Below are positions 41,423-49,417 of a stretch of 64,000 nt of DNA, piece after piece. The notes below the pieces were generated by a model. It saw nothing but the letters and a program-made list of their open reading frames with translations. It was not told the DNA's origin and made no database searches. Location of the stretch: the NCBI GenBank assembly GCA_963781885.1, contig CAWAHW010000005.1, forward strand, positions 128,001-192,000, written 5' to 3'. The DNA comes from an uncultured Spirochaetota bacterium. GTDB lineage: Bacteria; Spirochaetota; Spirochaetia; SZUA-6; Fen-1364. The position numbers and the translations under genes were made by a program. Every line of letters starts with the position of its first letter. The stretch's first letter is position 1.

Positions 41423-42070
41423 ATGGATGCCTTGCTGAGATTCTATCTCAACCCCCGCAATGACCTTTCCGGGCAGACAGTCGCCTTTTTCGGGCTGTGC
41501 TTCGCGCCCATCGCAATCTCCATCGTGATCGGCGTCCTGATCGGCATCCTGGTCTATCGGAACGCCTTGCTCTCCTTCATCTCCGTCAATCTGAGCAACC
41601 TGATCCGCGCCGTGCCCGTGCTCGCCGCGCTGTTCATATTCGTGCCCATCTTCAAGGTGGGATTTCTTCCCGCCGCGATCGCGCTCACATTGCTCGGCAT
41701 CCCGCCGGTTCTTCTCAATACCTATGTCGGGCTTCGCGGTATCGACCCCGCGTCCATCGAAGCGGCGCGCGGCATGGGGATGACGAATCGACAGATCCTG
41801 ATCCGCGTGCAGGCCCCACTCGTGCTCCCGGTGATCGCGGCAGGGGTGCGCACCTGCGCGGTGCAGGTCGTGGCGACCGCCCCCTTGGGAGGTTTGATCG
41901 GCGCCGGCGGCTATGGCGAATATATCGTCGATGGCGTGAACCGGCTGGATACAGTGGAAATCCTTGCCGGATCGATCCTGGTTGCTGCGCTGGCGATGCT
42001 CATCGAGATCGTCATGGGCGTCGCGGAGCGGCGCTTGACTCCCCCGGGGATGCGGGCGGTGAAAGTGTGA
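41423..42070 (+). CDS. Osmoprotectant ABC transporter permease
   Basis: 'EAARGMGMT', 'PVIAAGVR', 'GAGGYG'. Confidence 0.9.
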   Translation: MDALLRFYLNPRNDLSGQTVAFFGLCFAPIAISIVIGVLIGILVYRNALLSFISVNLSNLIRAVPVLAALFIFVPIFKVGFLPAAIALTLLGIPPVLLNTYVGLRGIDPASIEAARGMGMTNRQILIRVQAPLVLPVIAAGVRTCAVQVVATAPLGGLIGAGGYGEYIVDGVNRLDTVEILAGSILVAALAMLIEIVMGVAERRLTPPGMRAVKV

Positions 42071-42176
42071 TCCGGATCCAAGAGGATTTGATATACTTTC
42101 GTTGAAGCCTGCCCGTCGGGGCAAGCGCTATCCCGGATGGCGCCGTCCTTGAGACGGCGATTTCAAAGGAGGAACC

Positions 42177-43097
42177 ATGGTGTCGAAGGTGAGTGTGTCG
42201 TTGCGAAGGACGGCGGCGGTGCTTGTCATCCTGGCAAGCCTGGTGGCCGGCTCCGCCTTCGCGAGCCCGAAGGGAACCATAACCGTCGGCGGCAAGCTCG
42301 ACGTCGAGGCGCAATTGCTGACCGAGATGTACACGCAGTTGCTCCAGAACGGGGGCTACACTGTCAATGAGAAACTGGCGTTGGGAAACAGCATCATCGT
42401 CCACAAGGCCATCACGAGCGGCGTGATCGATCTCTACCCCGAGTTCACCGCGACCGGCCTGAACACCCTTGGGATCAAGTCATCGTACGATCCGCAAAAG
42501 GACTACCAGGCGGTCAAGAGCGGCTACGAGAAGAAGTTCCAGGTCACGTGGCTCGACATGGCTCCGCTGAACGACGGGTACGGGATCTGCACCACGACGG
42601 CGCTTTCCCAATCGCTCGGGATCATGACCATCTCCCAGCTCGTGCCGCAGGTCGCGCGGATCGTGCTCGCGTCGCCGAGTGACGGCATCGACTTCATCGA
42701 TGGTCTGAAATCTGCCTACGGCATCGATACAAGCAGCTTCAAGAGCCTGCAGAAGGTCGACTATTCAATCGGGTTCGCGTCTGTCGGCAGCGGGTCCGCC
42801 CAGATGTGCGTCGGGTACACCACCGATGGCTCGATCGCCAGCCAGGGCTACCTCTTCCTGACGGACGACAAGACCGGCTTCCCGCAGTTTCATCCCGCGC
42901 CCATCGTGCGCATGAGCGTGCTCACGAAGTATCCGGACATCGCGAAGATCCTGAACCCCCTCGCTCCCAAGCTGACGACGGACGTGAGCATCCAGCTGCA
43001 GGATCAGGTGGGCAAGCTGAAAACGAGCGGCATGTCGGTCACTGAGGCCGTCAAGCAGGTGGCGAAACAGTTCCTGCAGAGTGCCGGGTTGCTCTAA
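42177..43097 (+). CDS. Glycine betaine/choline-type ABC substrate-binding protein (OpuAC/OsmF-like)
   Basis: Signal peptide, 'ITVGGK...E', 'IDLYPEFTATG', 'YTTDG', 'LTDDK..FP'; SD AGGAGG. Confidence 0.9.
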   Translation: MVSKVSVSLRRTAAVLVILASLVAGSAFASPKGTITVGGKLDVEAQLLTEMYTQLLQNGGYTVNEKLALGNSIIVHKAITSGVIDLYPEFTATGLNTLGIKSSYDPQKDYQAVKSGYEKKFQVTWLDMAPLNDGYGICTTTALSQSLGIMTISQLVPQVARIVLASPSDGIDFIDGLKSAYGIDTSSFKSLQKVDYSIGFASVGSGSAQMCVGYTTDGSIASQGYLFLTDDKTGFPQFHPAPIVRMSVLTKYPDIAKILNPLAPKLTTDVSIQLQDQVGKLKTSGMSVTEAVKQVAKQFLQSAGLL

Positions 43098-43452
43098 AAG
43101 GGGACGGAGCCCGATCAACGCAGATGCCGACGAGCTGCGTTTTGGGCCCGCGCTCAGGTCTGTGAAGCGATAGAAGACATTTGTCGGTGCTGGAGCGACA
43201 TCGTTCTCCCGTCGCTCCAGTCTTGCCGTCGGCGCCTACGCGCGGTCTGACCGCATCTCGCAGCGCGGTTCGCGACGCTGATGCCGACGATGAACCGCCC
43301 GTCCATGGACGCGCAAGGCGTGGCCGTCGATCGTGATGACGACCTTCGGTCAGATTCAGGCATTCTCCCTTTCAGGGGGCCGCTCGAAGTGACGCGAGGA
43401 GGGGCGTCGCCAGCTCTGTTGACAACATTCTGAAAAAGCCGTAAGGTCATTT

Positions 43453-43576
43453 ACAAGACTTGGCAAGGGAGGGAAGCGTATCTCTTGGCCGAGTAAGGGA
43501 ATGGCGGTCCGGTGCCAAGGCGTGACAACATCACGTAGCATCTCCGGACTCAAGTTCCGTTGCTCCTGCTTTTTTT
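43453..43576 (+). ncRNA. Candidate small structured RNA (or long tRNA leader)
   Basis: Promoter TTGACA-17-TAAGGT (43419-43447), hairpin at 43458-43494, 3' hairpin and T7 run (43570-43576). Confidence 0.3.
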
Positions 43577-43631
43577 CCTTCGGGTGCCTTTGCGCGCCCG
43601 TCGCGGCCGCATACATTCCTGCGGCGACCTT

Positions 43632-43705
43632 CGGGCTGTAGCGCAGTTGGTAGCGCGTTCGGTTCGGGACCGAAAGGCCGGCGGTTTCAAACCCGCCCAG
43701 CCCGA
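43632..43705 (+). tRNA. tRNA-Pro (anticodon CGG) with an 8-nt T loop
   Basis: Acceptor CGGGCTG/CAGCCCG, anticodon arm TTCGG-TTCGGGA-CCGAA, T arm GGCGG-TTTCAAAC-CCGCC. Confidence 0.88.
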
Positions 43706-43849
43706 CAATTCACTATCTTATGGAGGGGCTCACCAGGGGCCCCGGTTGCATCGGTGGTATGATTTCACATTGCTTTTCACGGTCTATCGTACTGTGGTCC
43801 ATGGCGCCAAGGCCTGGGTCATCCGTTGCCTGACGGTGAAAAGATCAAA

Positions 43850-44555
43850 CGCATCTTCGTTCACCCCGAAGCAGGCAAGCCTTTCGTCTCCCGGGGGACG
43901 CGGAGCGGCTCATCGAGGAGCTCCGCGCACAGTCGACGCGCGGATTCGGCACGAAGGTGGTGGATCTCGCGAAGTACCTCTTCCCTCTGATGGTCCGTGG
44001 GCGCAGCCTCAGGCGCGAAGGCGCGATGGCCGTTCGCTTGCCCCTCGTACGATCGCTGAGCACGAGCTGAACGCGCGCCCTACATATCATCCCGGGGATC
44101 GGCGAAGAGGCAATCCGCGATATCGACACGCAGGCGATCGATGCCTTCCTGTACTCGCTGGACGTTTCCGATCGCACGAGCTGTAATGTCGCCAGCACTC
44201 TCCGCGCGATCCTCAAGGAAGCCGTGTACCGCCGCATCATCACCGCGGTCCCGCCATCGAGCTCCCCGAGAAAAAAAGCCGCAAGCCGGCCGTGCTCACC
44301 CTGGATGAGCTCCACGCGCTTTCCCCGACGGGCCGTAGAGCGCTAATGAAGTTATGGGCAGGTGAAAAGACCCACCCGGAGATGCCCGGGGCCAGCCTTG
44401 CGCTCGCTGCGTGCCGAGCCGTCATGTTTTTCAGCGGCCTGCGTCCGCAGGAGGCCCGAGCGGTGCACCTCGACCAGCTCATCAAGCGACTGTCGGTATT
44501 GCTAGTGACCCGGAGCATGGACGGGGAGGGTGCGACACTTCACGAACTTGAATAG
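43850..44555 (+). pseudogene. Tyrosine recombinase/integrase remnant
   Basis: Core-binding-like 'HIIPGIGEEAIRDIDTQAIDAFL...LRAILKEAV', then in another frame 'VLTLDEL' and 'FSGLRPQEARA' (GxRxxE). Interrupted and lacking the HxxR/Tyr C-terminus. Confidence 0.75.
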
Positions 44556-44662
44556 GGCAATCGGGTAGGGTACGCCGCGGCCTTCCAGCCGGCACGGGGG
44601 TCGTGGACGGGCTACTAGGGTGACCCACCAGACTTCTGCAAGCTCAGTAGGCCGCGGGAACG

Positions 44663-44932
44663 TCAATAGAGCTCGGAGTGGGACCCAATACGCTCAAAAG
44701 TAATCTTTCCATTCGCGATACGATAAATCAGTGGAGTATCCGATTGAGGATGGCAACTCCGGTGGCCTTCCCAAGGACCGTGCAACGCATGATCATCAAA
44801 GGTCGGTGGTAGCGCACGTTCATTCACAAGTTCGTTCATGGCCCATTTGACAGGAGCGATGTTCTTTCCCGAGGCCTTCAGCTTCTTCCAGTCCTTTTTA
44901 AACTGGTGAGCACGGCCAGGGGTCAGCATCAA
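44663..44932 (-). CDS. YafQ-family (RelE/ParE superfamily) mRNA interferase toxin
   Basis: 'QFKKDWKK', 'DHALHGPWEGHRSCH', 'LIYR', 'RIGSHSELY'. Confidence 0.9.
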   Translation of the reverse strand: MMLTPGRAHQFKKDWKKLKASGKNIAPVKWAMNELVNERALPPTFDDHALHGPWEGHRSCHPQSDTPLIYRIANGKITFERIGSHSELY

Positions 44933-45141
44933 GAATCGAGTTCGTTGAAAAGATCTTCGACGGATGCGAACTCAACGATATTCACGCCAGCTTCAGTCTC
45001 AGCCATTACTTGCTGGGTCATAGCATTCGGAACGAGAATCCCATTCGGACTGGCTGCGGTTTCCACGGTCATCAAAGAATCATAAGTCGCGGCCTGAGCC
45101 GTTGGTGATCTGGCTGGCGATTGTGTCATCACGAGCGTCAT
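44929..45141 (-). CDS. Putative antitoxin with DinJ/RelB-like C-terminus only
   Basis: 'PNAMTQQVMAE....FASVEDLFNELDS' matches the RelB/DinJ toxin-binding tail. SD GGAGG; stop overlaps the toxin start. Confidence 0.75.
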   Translation of the reverse strand: MTLVMTQSPARSPTAQAATYDSLMTVETAASPNGILVPNAMTQQVMAETEAGVNIVEFASVEDLFNELDS

Positions 45142-45156
45142 CTATTCCTCCCGGCC

Positions 45157-45543
45157 CTATCTTGAGCCAATCAAATTGACCGGCACATTCCTGGAAATCA
45201 GCACCTGGCCATTAACAAGGAACTGCAGTACATATATGCCGGCTCTAACGATGATCGGAGGCACCATGAGAACAATCTCTACGCCACTTGTGGGATCCTG
45301 AATCTGCATTTCTCCCCCAGCCGAAAAAGCAACCTCCTGAGTATCCTCTCGCGCCAAGTTGAAAGTAAAAGTATTATGGCCCTGCAAGTTCTCAACTGCA
45401 GCGAAGAGATACCACGGCGGAATCTGGGCAGGGAATTGAGGAAGGTTGAACTTGCTAAACACCCCCACCAGGACCTTTTTTCCATTGTCTTCGGTGACGA
45501 TGACATCCGCCATAAGCAGGGCGGTCAATAGCGGTTCAGGCAT
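45157..45543 (-). CDS. DUF6941-like beta-rich hypothetical protein
   Basis: 'ALLMADVIVTEDNGKKVLVGVF....QFP', 'GIYVLQFLVNG' pattern recalled for this family. Confidence 0.65.
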   Translation of the reverse strand: MPEPLLTALLMADVIVTEDNGKKVLVGVFSKFNLPQFPAQIPPWYLFAAVENLQGHNTFTFNLAREDTQEVAFSAGGEMQIQDPTSGVEIVLMVPPIIVRAGIYVLQFLVNGQVLISRNVPVNLIGSR

Positions 45544-45554
45544 ACTTTCCCCAT

Positions 45555-45598
45555 ATAGACTCTCCTAAAAGTCTATCGTTACAATCTTCAGCGGTCAA
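45555..45598 (-). promoter_or_regulatory. Promoter with a palindrome overlapping the -10 box
   Basis: TTGACC-17-TAGACT; perfect ATAGACT-N8-AGTCTAT at 45555-45576. Confidence 0.6.
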
Positions 45599-45798
45599 GG
45601 ATAGAGACTGAAAATTCCATTTGAAGCTGCCAGATTTCTAATCTCGGGCCTCCCATGCGTCATTTTGACACAATCTCATCATTTCCGACCCTGGTATGGT
45701 CTCCAAGAAAGGCGGCCTATTCTTCTATTTCGTCCGTCTCGAACAGAAAGAAGGCTGGCCGTTTTGCTTCGACTTGCCTTAGACGTTGACTCAATTGC

Positions 45799-45945
45799 TC
45801 AATTTGAGCTTGTTTTCTTTTTCGTTCTACAAGCAACGTTCCAGGCGCCCTCTCCAGTTTCACCAGCAATTGGCGGAACATCGTGAGGTATCCTTGTCCT
45901 GCAACTGATCCACGCCTCCTTGATCGTCTCCGCAGAGAAAGGCAT
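45799..45945 (-). pseudogene. Degraded small HNH-endonuclease-like gene
   Basis: SD AGGAGG, then MPFSAETIKEAW..C.....H...GEGAW, resembling N-termini of small HNH proteins; truncated at 48 aa. Confidence 0.35.
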
Positions 45946-45956
45946 AGGGCGACCTC

Positions 45957-46210
45957 CTATTTCTGGAGAAGGCCGTCCTCGATGCGGACCGGCGGAGTCG
46001 CTGAGATCAGGTGCGATAAATCGATGGAATTGGCATCTTGCACGAGGAAGTTGTACGATGATGCGTCGATGGTGACCGTTCCCGTCGATCCTACGCCGAG
46101 CTCGCCGGTGTCATTCGCAATTGCAAAAGAATAGCTCCCACTCGACGGGCCGGTGAAGGTCATGTCCGCGTTGAACGTCCACGCCGGCGCCGCTCCATTG
46201 CCACGTTCCT
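45957..46210 (-). pseudogene. 3' fragment of a Ser/Thr/Gly-rich beta-strand protein
   Basis: 'WTFNADMTFTGPSSGSYSF..GTVTID' with no credible 5' end; its stop overlaps the SD of the next remnant. Confidence 0.3.
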
Positions 46211-46611
46211 ATGAAGGGATTCGCGTTGTAGCCAGTGACGATCGGCCGCAGCTCGCGAGTATCTCCTTGATAAGCCTTATTTCAACTCTCACAGTGATAC
46301 TCCGACGGAAAAAGAATGATGTCGCTGGACGATCCTTCCGATCGACGACAATGGAGTGGCGCCAAAGTCACTGCTTCCCGTTCGGACATTCCGCCTCGCC
46401 CATGGGCAGGATAGGTCAATCAGATTGAACCTGTGAAGAAAAAAGGCTCCTGAAGGCGATAGGGCGTGTCCTCCTCGTCATTCAAGCGAAAGAAATGACG
46501 ACCGCTCTCTCGCGTCTCATCGCGTTGATCGGCAAGGGGGCCTGTAGCCCGGCCTGCATGCATAGAACGGTGCGGTCCCCGGCGAATGCCCGCGCCCCGC
46601 GTGCGCCCTCT

Positions 46612-48153
46612 TCATGTCGAGTAGCCGGGGAAATAGTCGCTGCGGATGTGCCGGCGGGGCACCCCGACGTTTCGCAGGACGTTCTTCATCGTGTTCACCA
46701 TGCCAGGGGACCCGGAAACGAAGAAGTGGCGTGCGGCGAAATCGGGGACGTCGCGCCTGATCATCGCCGCATCGATGACGCCCGTACGGCCCTGCCAGCC
46801 CGTGCGGGCTTTTGCCTTGTTAGTGAGCGTGTGGACCACACGTACGCCGGCCTTCTTCTCCGCGTCGCAGAGCACGTCCTTGAAAACGATCTCCTCCTCG
46901 CGGTAATTCGAATAGAGAAGCACGATGTCGCGGCGCTGCCCGGTGTCCACAAGATATTTGATCATGCTGCGGAATGGCGTGATCCCGATCCCTCCTGCAA
47001 TGAAGGCAAGCGGCACCGACGGATCCTTCGGAAGCACAAAGTCGCCGCCCAGCTCCCCCGCGGTGATCGCGGAGCCCGGCTCCATGCGGGCCAGAAACTG
47101 CTTGTAGCGGGAAAGCGGGGGCGTGAAGCGCGCGGCAATCATGATGTCGGGCTCCGTCGGCGAGGAGGCGATGCTGAAATGACGCCTGCTTCCCCTGCTG
47201 TCCCCATGCGGGACGGGCAGCGTCCATTCCATGTACTGCCCCAGCTTGTGCGTGAAACCCGCGGGCTTTGCAAACGTGAAAGCCCAGATGCCGCTGCCGA
47301 TCTCACGCGACTCCTTCAAGGAAAGGCGTGCCTTGAAGCTCGGGCTCACGACGTAGGAAAACAGGTTCCCCACAAGGAGTGCATCTTCCGGTGTCAGGTT
47401 CTGGCCGAGTATCGTGAGCTGTGGCTGGTAGAGAAAAGCGACGATGGCGGCGTAGACGATCTGGAAGGGAAAGCTCTTTGGCGACGTCATGGGCTCCGTG
47501 AACATGACGGCGGTGAAGAATAAGAGCGACGTCTGGCCGAAGACAAATAGCACGCTCCGCAGAACAAGGTCGAGCGTGAGGCCCTGGACAAGGGCCAGCC
47601 CGACGTTGAAGACAAGGAATGCCCCGAGGAATACCCCGACGAGCCTAATCCTGCTCACTTTGCGTACCAGGAGCAGTCCGCCGACAACGACGAGGGGAAG
47701 GAGCGCCATGCTGCCCACCCACCAGCTTGCAAAGCTTCCGAATACGAGCCCTGAGAAGAGAGCGCCGATGGCGGCGGGATTGAATGCGTGCTGACGCCGC
47801 AGGGCCAGAAGGTATTTGGAGGCAATGGCGACAAGCCCGGCCAGGGCAATGATGCCCGCGTGGCGGACATCGGTGATGAGGGACGCGGGCGCGAGGATGA
47901 GGGCCAGGATGAGAGCCGTGATGAGGCTGGATTCGGGATTCGAGCGGATCCTGAAGAGCCGTGCAAAGAGCGCATTCGCGCCGACGCACGCGGCAAGGAG
48001 GATGGCCGTCGAGGAAAGGATGCCGATTGGGTCCACGGGCACGACCCCGAAGGCGCCCAGGACAATCCCGAGCCCGAGTAGGGCCGCAAGATAGTACAGG
48101 GTGAGCCTGTACATCGTGAAGCGGTTCAGGAATCTGTCGACGATCTGCATCAT
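46612..48153 (-). CDS. NqrB/RnfD-like membrane domain fused to a ferredoxin-NAD(P) reductase-type FAD/NAD domain
   Basis: Membrane half 'IASKY', 'FNPAA', 'MFTEPMTSP'; soluble half 'RHFSIASSP', 'AGGIGITPF', 'SGSPGMV'. Confidence 0.85.
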   Translation of the reverse strand: MMQIVDRFLNRFTMYRLTLYYLAALLGLGIVLGAFGVVPVDPIGILSSTAILLAACVGANALFARLFRIRSNPESSLITALILALILAPASLITDVRHAGIIALAGLVAIASKYLLALRRQHAFNPAAIGALFSGLVFGSFASWWVGSMALLPLVVVGGLLLVRKVSRIRLVGVFLGAFLVFNVGLALVQGLTLDLVLRSVLFVFGQTSLLFFTAVMFTEPMTSPKSFPFQIVYAAIVAFLYQPQLTILGQNLTPEDALLVGNLFSYVVSPSFKARLSLKESREIGSGIWAFTFAKPAGFTHKLGQYMEWTLPVPHGDSRGSRRHFSIASSPTEPDIMIAARFTPPLSRYKQFLARMEPGSAITAGELGGDFVLPKDPSVPLAFIAGGIGITPFRSMIKYLVDTGQRRDIVLLYSNYREEEIVFKDVLCDAEKKAGVRVVHTLTNKAKARTGWQGRTGVIDAAMIRRDVPDFAARHFFVSGSPGMVNTMKNVLRNVGVPRRHIRSDYFPGYST

Positions 48154-48926
48154 GACTGGATGTACCTCGCAAAGCCCGGTGTGAACGTCGCGGTGCCTGT
48201 CTTTTCGATCATGTAGGCGTCGACATCCGGCAGCGACGCCAGGAAATTGACTCCGTCCCTGCCCATGGCGAACGCGGCGGTTGCAAAACGATCCGCTTCA
48301 TACACGTCGGGACCGATGACGGTCATGCTCGCGATCTCGTCCGCCGCCGTGCCTGTCCGCGGGTTCCAGATATGCGCGCCGCGGATATAGGTGCCGGAGG
48401 TGGCAATGCCGCGATTCGTGAGGGAAAGGCGGCGGACGAGCTTCGACGGCTCGAAGGGACTGCGGATGCCGATGGACCAGGGAGAGCCCTCGTCGTTGGC
48501 GCCGCGTATCTCCATGTCGCCGCCCGCTTCGATGCAAAAGCTGATGAAGCCGTCGTCGTCGAGCAGCCGCGCGGCGCGGGCAATGGCCCAGCCCTTGACC
48601 AGCCCACTGGGATCGAAGCGCCCCTTCGCGCGGACGTCGAAGTACCCGTCGGTCTCCCGGCGGGTCTGCTCGGAGAGCGCGAGCACCTCGCGCATCTCCA
48701 CGCTCGCCTCCGCTTCCGCGAGCTCGCCGCGGTCGATGCGGGAGGTTTCGCTTGTGGGCTTGTAGGGGCTGAACCTCTCGTCTACGTCGCGGAAAGAATC
48801 GAAGATGCTGCTTATCGCGTCGTCGACGGTGGAATGGCGCGCCCCGGCAGGGGCGCCGTCCATCCTCTCCCGATCGGGGATCGCCACGGTGATCGGCATC
48901 CCCATGATCAGCTCGGTGCGTTTCAT
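48150..48926 (-). CDS. apbE: FAD:protein FMN transferase (ApbE family)
   Basis: 'IMGM', 'FSPYKPTSE', 'DPSGLVKGWA', 'AGGD', 'ATSG', 'ADRFATA'. Confidence 0.9.
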   Translation of the reverse strand: MKRTELIMGMPITVAIPDRERMDGAPAGARHSTVDDAISSIFDSFRDVDERFSPYKPTSETSRIDRGELAEAEASVEMREVLALSEQTRRETDGYFDVRAKGRFDPSGLVKGWAIARAARLLDDDGFISFCIEAGGDMEIRGANDEGSPWSIGIRSPFEPSKLVRRLSLTNRGIATSGTYIRGAHIWNPRTGTAADEIASMTVIGPDVYEADRFATAAFAMGRDGVNFLASLPDVDAYMIEKTGTATFTPGFARYIQS

Positions 48927-49321
48927 ACGCCGGCCGGCTTCAGGGCTGCCTGGAGGGACTTGATGAATGCGTCGCTCGTGAACGTCGCGCCGCTGATGAA
49001 GTCCACCTTGTAGCTCTGCGCGCCGACGGCTTCCTGGATGAGGTAGGGGAGGGCGATGCCGTTGATGTAGTGCGACCTTCCGTTGTCGTTGGGATACTCG
49101 AGGACCTTCACGTCCGTGAGCGACCCGTTCTTGACGATGGCCTGCACTTTGACGTAGCCGTAGAAGGCGTATTCCCTCTTGCCCGTGAAGGCGCCGTCCT
49201 TCAACGTATAGGACACCTTTGTTGCGGGTGCCGCGAAGGCTCCCCCGGCCCCTGCCAGCAGGAGCGCCGCTGCGGAGGCCATGGCCGCCGCTGTCCGTCT
49301 GAACTGTCCGTTGTGCTTCAT
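48923..49321 (-). CDS. Exported FMN-binding domain protein
   Basis: Signal peptide ending AFA; flavinylation motif 'DFISGATFTS'. Confidence 0.9.
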   Translation of the reverse strand: MKHNGQFRRTAAAMASAAALLLAGAGGAFAAPATKVSYTLKDGAFTGKREYAFYGYVKVQAIVKNGSLTDVKVLEYPNDNGRSHYINGIALPYLIQEAVGAQSYKVDFISGATFTSDAFIKSLQAALKPAGV

Positions 49322-49355
49322 TTCCGTTCTCCTCTGCGTTCAGTGTCGGAAGCGA

Positions 49356-49388
49356 AGATGAAGAGGAGATGAAGCGACGGGAGATGAA
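49356..49388. promoter_or_regulatory. Direct repeats, putative OmpR-family binding site
   Basis: AGATGAA at 49356, 49367 (11-bp spacing) and 49382, upstream of the FMN-binding gene. Confidence 0.5.
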
Positions 49389-49417
49389 TGAAAAATTATA
49401 AAGCCGTTCGCGCGGGG

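Larger units (their letters stand above)
43706..46560. mobile_element. Decayed integrative island at tRNA-Pro (right boundary approximate)
   Basis: Integrase remnant directly 3' of a tRNA, visibly A/T-richer cargo, TA module and gene fragments. No att repeat found. Confidence 0.6.

Noticed and set aside
43412-43426. IS6-like terminal repeat (GCTCTGTTGACAA)
   Set aside because: No partner repeat or transposase; better explained as a -35 box 17 nt from TAAGGT.
43632-43705. Frameshift-suppressor tRNA-Pro explaining the nearby +1 frameshifts
   Set aside because: The extra base is in the T loop, the anticodon loop is a normal 7 nt, and the frameshift sites share no common codon context.
43706-46600. 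attR duplicate of the tRNA-Pro 3' end
   Set aside because: No convincing copy found by eye; TAGCCCGG near 46545 is too short.
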